Assembly: GCA_965248535.1 (NCBI GenBank)
Contig: CBDFJR010000005.1
Location: 2,240,001 to 2,304,000 of the forward strand
DNA length: 64,000 nt
Direction: 5' to 3'
Origin: Phormidesmis sp.
Lineage (GTDB): Bacteria > Cyanobacteriota > Cyanobacteriia > Leptolyngbyales > Leptolyngbyaceae
A program made the translations under genes and the position numbers. The notes under the pieces are model-generated. The model was not told the origin of the DNA. It ran no database searches and was given only the letters and a program-made list of their open reading frames with translations. Below are positions 57,341 through 64,000 of this stretch, piece after piece. Numbering within the stretch: the first letter of the stretch is position 1; each line of letters begins with the position of its first letter.

Positions 57341-57556
57341 CTATTTGCCTGTCTCGGTAAACTCAACGATCGTGGCTTTAAAGTCGTCGGTTTGTTGAAT
57401 GTTGGTGCTGTGAACTCCGTCGCGATTGGAACTAAGATCACTCAGTTGCACATCAACCAATTCTTGGGTTGCAGCCGCTGCTGCTCGTCTTGCACCACCT
57501 GCAACGATATCAAGTTCGTCAGCAGACATTTCCATGGGCTTGTTATTATCAGACAT
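57341..57556 (-). CDS. Double-glycine-leader peptide precursor 1 (50-aa core)
   Basis: Start MSDNNK after AAGGAG; EMSADELDIVAGG; near-identical to precursor 2. Confidence 0.9.
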   Translation of the reverse strand: MSDNNKPMEMSADELDIVAGGARRAAAAATQELVDVQLSDLSSNRDGVHSTNIQQTDDFKATIVEFTETGK

Positions 57557-57949
57557 GATGGTTCTCCTTATTGTGTGTGTTGCTGTGTGTAATGGCTCAA
57601 GTAGAAATGTTTTGGTGAACTGGTTTGTTCCGTTCCTGCTTGATGTCCTAAGAATACGAATATGAACCCGCAATCCACATCTGAAAAACGTCTAGGATTC
57701 CTTCTAAGCGAAGTAAGTAGATGCCCTCTAACTTTCGTTGCTCTCCTAGAAGAGCGACTGAGACTTTCGCCATAGGTGAGCAACGATCGTCCCCTCTAAA
57801 GTGATGGATCGGTGCTTAAAACAGTGCATTCAGTCCAGAGTGCTGTATGAATAGACAATGAAAGCTGTAATCAGAAATCAGTGCCGCTTTAATGATTCAT
57901 GATCATTCAACTATTCTCAACAATGTTGTCTATATAGACAGGAACAGCA

Positions 57950-59014
57950 ATGTTAAATCGATTTAAACTTGCAACCAAATTCACCCTATTGCTATCGCTG
58001 GTGTTTGTCGGTGCGATCGTGGTTAGTGGGGTCGCGTTCTCTCACGTCCTAGAACAGAAAGCCGAATCTGAAATTAGCTACCGTAGCCAAATTTTAGTAG
58101 AAACTATGAACTCGGTGAGAGCCTTCACAAACAAAAATATTAGCCCACTGCTCATGCCGATGGTAGAGACTCAACCGACCTTTGTTCCTGAAACGATTCC
58201 CAGTTTTGCAGTCAGAGAGGTGTTTGAAAATCTTCGCAAAAATGAAGACTATAAAGACTTTTTCTATAAAGATGCGCTGCTGAATCCAACCAATTTAAGA
58301 GATAAAGCAGATGAGTTTGAAGCCAGTCTCACTAAGCGATTTCAGAGCGAACCAGACCTTAAAAATATCTCTGGTTTTCGAGATTCTGTGGGTGAAAAAC
58401 TATTCTATAGCGCTCGTCCATTTTCAGTCAAAAATGCAACGTGTTTGCGCTGCCACAGCACACCAGGCGTAGCTCCAAAAAGTCATGTTGCCAGCTATGG
58501 GTCAGAAAATGGCTTTGGGTGGAAGCTGCACGAAGTTTTAGGTAGCCAGGTGATTTATGTTCCTGCGAGTCAAGTATTTAATGATGCCAATCGAGCATCT
58601 TTGTTAATCATGACGATCTTCGTTGGCATTTTTGCACTCGTCATTTTGTTGATTAACTATTTGCTCAAGCGAAATGTGCTGCAACCGATTAAACCGATGG
58701 CACAACTCGCCCAAAAAATTAGTATGGGTGAGGTTAGCGCTGAAGAAGCGGCAGAGTTTGAACATGAAAAGCTAGCCCCGATCGTCAAACGCAATGATGA
58801 ATTAGGTCAATTGGCACGAGTGTTTCAACGGATGGTGCATGAAATATATGCCCGTGAGCAACAACTCAAACAACAATTGCAAAAACTGCGTCTTGAAATT
58901 GACGATAACAAGCGAGCGCGTCAAGTCGCTGAGATTGCCGAATCAGAATCGTTTCAAAAGCTCCAAGAAGAAGCAAAAGCCATGAGACATAAACGCGATG
59001 CTGACCACGAATAA
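57950..59014 (+). CDS. Membrane protein with c-type-heme (DUF3365/Tll0287-like) domain, HAMP and coiled-coil tail
   Basis: 2 TM helices; NPTNLRDKADEFE; CLRCH; DELGQLARVFQRM; no kinase or cyclase domain. Confidence 0.88.
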   Translation: MLNRFKLATKFTLLLSLVFVGAIVVSGVAFSHVLEQKAESEISYRSQILVETMNSVRAFTNKNISPLLMPMVETQPTFVPETIPSFAVREVFENLRKNEDYKDFFYKDALLNPTNLRDKADEFEASLTKRFQSEPDLKNISGFRDSVGEKLFYSARPFSVKNATCLRCHSTPGVAPKSHVASYGSENGFGWKLHEVLGSQVIYVPASQVFNDANRASLLIMTIFVGIFALVILLINYLLKRNVLQPIKPMAQLAQKISMGEVSAEEAAEFEHEKLAPIVKRNDELGQLARVFQRMVHEIYAREQQLKQQLQKLRLEIDDNKRARQVAEIAESESFQKLQEEAKAMRHKRDADHE

Positions 59015-59079
59015 GCACGATTTCTAATCATCCTTTTTTGAGTTAGTTCCACTAGTTGTTTTACCCTTGAGGATTCACC

Positions 59080-59889
59080 GTGTCTGAAATTATCTCGATC
59101 CATTCATTTCGTGGCGGAACAGGTAAGTCAAACGTAACGAGCAATCTTGCTACTCTCCTCGCTCGCTCTGGAAAACGAGTTGGCGTGGTCGATACCGACA
59201 TTCAATCACCCGGAATTCACGTCTTATTTGGTCTTGAAGAAGATCGCATTCGCTACACGCTGAATGATTATTTATGGGGTCGTTGCACTATTGAGGAAGC
59301 CGTTTATGAGGTCACTCCTACTCTCAAGCAGAAACCATCTTTTTTTGGTCGCCAAGGTAGTGTTCATCTGATTCCTTCTAGCATTAAGATGAGCGATATC
59401 TCTCGCATTCTGCGCGAAGGCTATGATGCTCGGTTGCTCAATGATGGACTGCGTGATCTCGTGCGTCGCTTAAAGTTAGATTATCTTCTGATCGATACTC
59501 ATCCCGGTATTAACGAAGAGACACTATTGTCGATTATTCTCTCAGATACCTTTATCTTGATTCTGCGACCAGACAAACAAGACTATCAGGGAACAGCCGT
59601 CGCGATCGACGTTGCCCGTAAGTTAGAAGTGCCTAAGATGCTGCTGGTTATCAACAAAGCATTGCCCTCTCTAGACTTTAAAGAATTAAAGCTGCGAGTC
59701 CAAAACACCTACGAAGCTCCGGTTGCAGGGATTCTTCCAGTCTGTGAAGAGATGTTTGATCTGGGGAGCAGCGGGATCTTCTGTCTGCGCTATCCCGATC
59801 ATCCCTGGACGCGAGCAGTTAACGAAATCGTGCAGCAAATCACAGGTTCCAGTTCACTTAAACAATCGAACGGGTTTTTGTTGAAGTAA
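59080..59889 (+). CDS. MinD/ParA-family ATPase
   Basis: SFRGGTGKS deviant Walker A, DTDIQSPG, IDTHPG. Confidence 0.9.
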   Translation: MSEIISIHSFRGGTGKSNVTSNLATLLARSGKRVGVVDTDIQSPGIHVLFGLEEDRIRYTLNDYLWGRCTIEEAVYEVTPTLKQKPSFFGRQGSVHLIPSSIKMSDISRILREGYDARLLNDGLRDLVRRLKLDYLLIDTHPGINEETLLSIILSDTFILILRPDKQDYQGTAVAIDVARKLEVPKMLLVINKALPSLDFKELKLRVQNTYEAPVAGILPVCEEMFDLGSSGIFCLRYPDHPWTRAVNEIVQQITGSSSLKQSNGFLLK

Positions 59890-60783
59890 CGTCACCGTCT
59901 CCCGCGTATCGCCTGGGAAAATGGCTCTCACCCGCTCGACTACAGAAATCATGTAGGTGTAGTCTGCAACAGGCGCATTGGTCACAAACTCCGCTTCTTG
60001 AGCAACTACAGACGGCGTTTCGCTTAAAATCTTGCGAATCGATTCTTGAGCCTTACTCTCGATCGTAGGACTGATCAACACCGCCCCAGTCGGCACTGTG
60101 TGAACATCCGTCAACACAATCCGCAAATTAAGGGGAGTAACTTGACTTTTGTAGGTCTCAAATTCTTCTAGCGACACGGCACCAACGGCTGCTTTGCCTT
60201 GAGAAACCGCTTCTAAAATCGCCTTGGGCGTGGGAGGAAAGATCAGTTCAGCCAGCGTTAACCCATACAAATTAAAAATCGGAAGGTAATATCCTGTGGC
60301 TGAACCTGGCTTTCCAAGCGCGACTGACTTACCCGCGATCGCGCCAATCTCTCGAATCGGGCTATCATCTCGCACGACCAGCACTGAGCGCAACTCCTGC
60401 ACCCCAATCATCGGAAAGAGAGGCCTATATTGATGGTGCGCGATCGCGATTGCGGCTAACCCTGGCGGTGCAAAAACCAGCGACCACTCCTGACGTTGAA
60501 TTCTCTCTAAAGCCCTGCCTTCGTTGAGAGCAGGTTCTAACTCTACCAGCGACTGAGTTTTTTCACTGAGATAGTGTTTGAAGCGATCGTATCGATCAAG
60601 AGATTGACGGCCCTCTTCATAGCTGACGGTTCCTACCACCAGCGATCGCCGTTGCGGCGAAGGAAGTGTCGCTTGGCAGGAAGACAACAACAATAAACCG
60701 AGAAACCCACGACGAGAAAGCCTGAGAGGTAAGCCTGAACTCAACAATCTAATTGCTCTGTGGGCAGTTGCGTTAGTCATCAT
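59854..60783 (-). CDS. PhnD-like phosphate/phosphonate-type substrate-binding lipoprotein
   Basis: SRRGFL..LLSSC Tat/lipobox; SVLVVR.DSPI, GSATGYYLP. Confidence 0.8.
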   Translation of the reverse strand: MMTNATAHRAIRLLSSGLPLRLSRRGFLGLLLLSSCQATLPSPQRRSLVVGTVSYEEGRQSLDRYDRFKHYLSEKTQSLVELEPALNEGRALERIQRQEWSLVFAPPGLAAIAIAHHQYRPLFPMIGVQELRSVLVVRDDSPIREIGAIAGKSVALGKPGSATGYYLPIFNLYGLTLAELIFPPTPKAILEAVSQGKAAVGAVSLEEFETYKSQVTPLNLRIVLTDVHTVPTGAVLISPTIESKAQESIRKILSETPSVVAQEAEFVTNAPVADYTYMISVVERVRAIFPGDTRETVTLLQQKPVRLFK

Positions 60784-60946
60784 GTCTTTACTCTGCTAGT
60801 TGCCGATCTAAAAGAATGTCTGAGAAGTCTTTCATCGTTATTCCGCCTCAATAGTGCCCCGCCCGAAATCTACTTTAGGGAGAGCTAGCAGCAAAGAGGC
60901 ATTAAGCGTTTTGTGGCGTTGCTAAATCACGGGATGAATGGTTCCA

Positions 60947-61171
60947 TAAATCCCCCAATGCTGAGGTTCAAAGTTCCCCAGAGTGAGGGACTGAGGGGGC
61001 GAGAGGATTAACAACTTGCACAGATTCATCGGTTTTTCAAGCGCTAAAAGCCCCAGTTAACCAGACCTCCTGCATCAATAAAATGCTGACAGAAATTCCC
61101 CAATTCTAGGGGAACCGGAGTTCAAAATTCTCCAGAATTGGGGAGCATGTCCAGATTCGCGCAGGAGGGTT
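60947..61171. repeat. Dispersed-repeat pair plus MITE-like element (AGACCTCCTGCA...GCAGGAGGGTT)
   Basis: Same repeat family as 3265-3345 and 19505-19676. Confidence 0.6.
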
Positions 61172-61184
61172 ATTCTGGCGATGA

Positions 61185-61889
61185 TCAGTCAGTTATTCCT
61201 AGCCTAGTGGTGAGAGTCTGTTTTTCGCTTGACGTTGCATTCGCATAAATGGCAAGCTGCGATCGGTTTTTCAAATTAAGGCGGTTGAGAATACTCGTGA
61301 CGTGAGTTTTAACAGTGCCTTCTGTAATGTATAGCTGTTGAGCAATTTCACGATTGGTCGCACCTACAGCTAGCAGGCGCAATACTTCTTGTTCTCGTGC
61401 AGTCAAGTCTGATGATTTGAGAGAAGAAGAGCTTTGATGGGGTGAGTCTGCGGGCGCGTCAGTTGATAGAAGTTTGTCAAACAACCCGGGCCCAAACTGA
61501 GTATAGCCATAATATCCAAAGCGGATGGCATCGGCTAATTCTTTTGAGGGCATATCTTTGAGTAAATAGCCTTTTGCCCCTGCCCGCATTGCGCCTGCTA
61601 GATAAGAATCATCATCAAAGGTGCTTAAGATCAGAACTTTGATATTAGGAAAGTTTTGCATAATATGTTTTGTAGCAGTTCGTCCGTCCATTTCGGGCAT
61701 CCGAATATCCATAAGCACCACATCGGGTTGCAGGGCGGCGACTAGTTCTAGAGCGACTTTGCCATTCTCAGCATCGCCCACCACTTCTAAGTCAGATTCT
61801 TGTTCTAGCATGGCTTTGAGTCCCTGACGAATCAGGCTTTGGTCATCAACAATCAACAGACGAATGGTGGGGGAGTCATCGCTTTTCAT
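61185..61889 (-). CDS. NarL/LuxR-family response regulator
   Basis: VDDQ, MDIRMP, GYLLKD, LTAREQEVL..TNREIA..TVKTHV. Confidence 0.93.
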   Translation of the reverse strand: MKSDDSPTIRLLIVDDQSLIRQGLKAMLEQESDLEVVGDAENGKVALELVAALQPDVVLMDIRMPEMDGRTATKHIMQNFPNIKVLILSTFDDDSYLAGAMRAGAKGYLLKDMPSKELADAIRFGYYGYTQFGPGLFDKLLSTDAPADSPHQSSSSLKSSDLTAREQEVLRLLAVGATNREIAQQLYITEGTVKTHVTSILNRLNLKNRSQLAIYANATSSEKQTLTTRLGITD

Positions 61890-61934
61890 GAGAGCACCTT
61901 GTTTAGTCGGAATTCACGATCGAGCGCACTTCAA

Positions 61935-62348
61935 TCAAGCTTCAATAAGTTGAGCGATGCCGTGCAGCGATCGGGTTTGATAAGCTTCAACTTGTCCATC
62001 AACTCGGCGCACTCCGCTTTGTTGTGGCAATCGTCGAGTAGTCGTAATGATCTCCGCTTGGATGGCTTGCTCCATCACACCAGCGGGTAGATAGACTGTG
62101 GGCAACAGCAGGGTCAACATAATTTCGTTTTTTTGGTCGAGGTCAAACACGAGGGTGACGGTGACGAGTCTACCGATCTCCGTTGCCAAGAGATGAATGT
62201 CGTCACCGCTAAACTGGTAGAGGCGATCGAGACAGGTTGTTTGATAATCTAGTTCAGGAATTCCAGTTTGGCGGTTGATCGAATACTTAATATGGGTGTC
62301 GTTGTCGTGAAGATTAAACTCATTAGGTTCAAAAACTGGGTGACTCAT
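61935..62348 (-). CDS. Conserved hypothetical protein
   Basis: Clean 137-aa ORF (EPNEFNL...TEIGRLVTVTL...LTLLLP) between the two regulators. Confidence 0.7.
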   Translation of the reverse strand: MSHPVFEPNEFNLHDNDTHIKYSINRQTGIPELDYQTTCLDRLYQFSGDDIHLLATEIGRLVTVTLVFDLDQKNEIMLTLLLPTVYLPAGVMEQAIQAEIITTTRRLPQQSGVRRVDGQVEAYQTRSLHGIAQLIEA

Positions 62349-62663
62349 AACAAATTCGATCAGGAGACTTGCTTGAGGATATTTGGCAAATTAGTTTAGA
62401 TTTCACCTCGCCCACTGGTTGAGTTGTGGGAGTTAAATCGCTCTAATTTGACAGTCTTAGTGTACCGAAGTTAAAGGGTTGTCCACATCTCATAAATGTC
62501 ACGGCTCAATAATGACATTTGTCACGCGATCGCCCGCTTGCCCCCTAGAACTCTATCCCAAACTGGGAGAGGGAAGCAGGAATCTGGTTCAAAAGAGAGT
62601 AGGGGGGTCTTCTACCCGCGTCGCAAGGAGGGTGAAGATCTCAGCATTCATCAATCTACACCC

Positions 62664-63332
62664 CTAAGCCTTGTCTAACCAGTCGCGACAGGAATTGGCC
62701 AAGATCGCGGCTTGCGTGCGATCGCGCACATCTAGCTTGGTCAAAACATGGGAGATGTGATTTCTCACAGTGCCTTCAGATAGGTGAAGGGTTTGGGCAA
62801 TTTCTCGATTGCTGGCCCCGATGGCAATCGATCGTAAAACCTCTCGCTCTCGGTCTGTCAGGTTTGTTAGCCCTGGGGAAAGGGTCGGCGTGGGCGGTGT
62901 TGCGGGTGTGTCTGCAATCATTTTCTCGACGATTCCAGGCCCAAATTGGGTATAACCTTGATGGATCGATCGAATCGCCTTTGCTAGTTCATCAGTTGAG
63001 GTGTCTTTTAACAAATAGCCTTTTGCTCCATAGCGCAGAGCCTCTGCAACATAGGACGTATCGTTAAATGTGGTCAGCACTAAAACTTTGATGTCTGGAA
63101 ATTGGCGACAAATCAGTTGAGTGGCTTCTACGCCATCCATCCCCGGCATTCGGATATCCATCACTACAACGGTGGGGAGTTGAGCCATCTTTTCTAGAGC
63201 GATGAGTTGCTCGATAGCGTGGCGACCATTGACGGCCTCGCCAACAATTTGAACATCGGGCTTTGCCTCTAGCAGCATTTTTAGACCCCGCCGGACAATC
63301 TCTTGATCGTCTACAATCAGCACTTTAATCAT
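62664..63332 (-). CDS. NarL/LuxR-family response regulator
   Basis: MIKVLIVDDQ, MDIRMP, LTDREREVL..SNREIA; start overlaps the kinase stop. Confidence 0.93.
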   Translation of the reverse strand: MIKVLIVDDQEIVRRGLKMLLEAKPDVQIVGEAVNGRHAIEQLIALEKMAQLPTVVVMDIRMPGMDGVEATQLICRQFPDIKVLVLTTFNDTSYVAEALRYGAKGYLLKDTSTDELAKAIRSIHQGYTQFGPGIVEKMIADTPATPPTPTLSPGLTNLTDREREVLRSIAIGASNREIAQTLHLSEGTVRNHISHVLTKLDVRDRTQAAILANSCRDWLDKA

Positions 63333-64000
63333 GGGGTGGTGCCTCTCGGAAAGTGGGCCACAATACGACAACCTGCGCCCGGTTCACTGATAATTTCTAA
63401 CTGCCCGCCGATCGTGGTCGCTCGCTCATACATGCCTCTCAGCCCATACCCTGTGACGAGTTGATCGGGGTGAAAGCCATTGCCGTTGTCTTGCAGCGTC
63501 AGCGATAGTCCTGCGTCAGTGGTGTGGATTTGAATCTGCACGATCGTCGCATCAGCATGTTTACAAATATTGGTCAGTCCCTCTTGAATGATGCGATAGA
63601 CGGCTTGATTGACTGCATTAGGGAGCGGGTAGGACAAATCGAGTTGACACTCTAACAACACCTCAGTTAAGTGATGAAACTCTTCTACGAGGGTGGCGAT
63701 CGCGCCTTCGAGCAATTCTCCTTGGAGGGGATCTGAGCGAATCGCAGACACCGATTGCCGCACCGCTTGCAGGGCTTCAGAGCCGAGTTGCTTGGCTTCG
63801 ACTAGCGTTGAGTGGGCCCGATCGGCATCGACGTGCCAAAGAGTGAGTGCAGCTTCCATTTGAATGTTGAGAGCCACAAGCGAATGTCCGAGTGAGTCGT
63901 GAATATCGCGGGCGATGCGATTGCGTTCTTCGAGTGCCACCATTGTTTCGATGCGCTGATTGAGGGCCCGTTCTTGGTCGAGCGATCGCCGCAGATCGGC
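63329..64000 (-). CDS. NarX-type (HisKA_3) sensor histidine kinase, 5' end outside the window
   Basis: ERNRIARDIHDSLGH, RIIQEGLTNICKH, DNGNGF, GYGLRGM.ER. Confidence 0.92.
   Translation of the reverse strand, partial: ADLRRSLDQERALNQRIETMVALEERNRIARDIHDSLGHSLVALNIQMEAALTLWHVDADRAHSTLVEAKQLGSEALQAVRQSVSAIRSDPLQGELLEGAIATLVEEFHHLTEVLLECQLDLSYPLPNAVNQAVYRIIQEGLTNICKHADATIVQIQIHTTDAGLSLTLQDNGNGFHPDQLVTGYGLRGMYERATTIGGQLEIISEPGAGCRIVAHFPRGTTP

Noticed and set aside
56995..57665. Plus-strand ORFs over the precursors
   Set aside because: Antisense shadows of the real minus-strand genes
57557..57673. 39-aa N-terminal extension of precursor 1
   Set aside because: The RBS and the paralog indicate a start at 57556
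59080..59889. Cell-division minD or a plasmid partition locus
   Set aside because: No minC/minE or parB; RGGTGKS subfamily in a signalling context
1..64000. Frequent GCGATCGC as a novel repeat; tRNA/rRNA genes
   Set aside because: GCGATCGC is the known cyanobacterial HIP1; no tRNA or rRNA recognised

Overview
Cyanobacterial chromosomal window (dense HIP1 GCGATCGC sites; Uma2, pentapeptide-repeat, Asr1405-type and Mo-nitrogenase-C-type genes; probably a filamentous Leptolyngbya-like strain, by inference). Four blocks: (1) 1-19.5 kb: a partial contractile injection system (CIS: tube, tube-initiator, VgrG, tape-measure-like protein; no sheath or baseplate here). It is preceded by an FHA / Ser-Thr kinase / membrane-anchored Ig-WD40 module whose genes share an unannotated upstream motif TGCATCAGTTGA-N8-RCAYCTA, and interrupted by a tetR-tautomerase unit ending in an integron attC-like site. 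(2) 19.5-38 kb: mobile-element debris and a redox/aldehyde-detox island, including a receiver-thioredoxin-reductase fusion (no CxxC) between two cNMP-domain histidine kinases, one frameshifted by a 38-bp duplication. (3) 38-47 kb: collapsed efeUOB remnant, exbBD, dps, HNH and a hybrid kinase. (4) 47-64 kb: an NHLP-type type I export system fed by four tandem double-glycine-leader peptides with no modifying enzyme (three have 50-aa cores with a predicted covarying beta-hairpin), a divergent c-heme/HAMP + MinD-like pair, a convergent PhnD-like lipoprotein and a NarL-type two-component set. All product calls come from motif recognition by eye; no database search was run.
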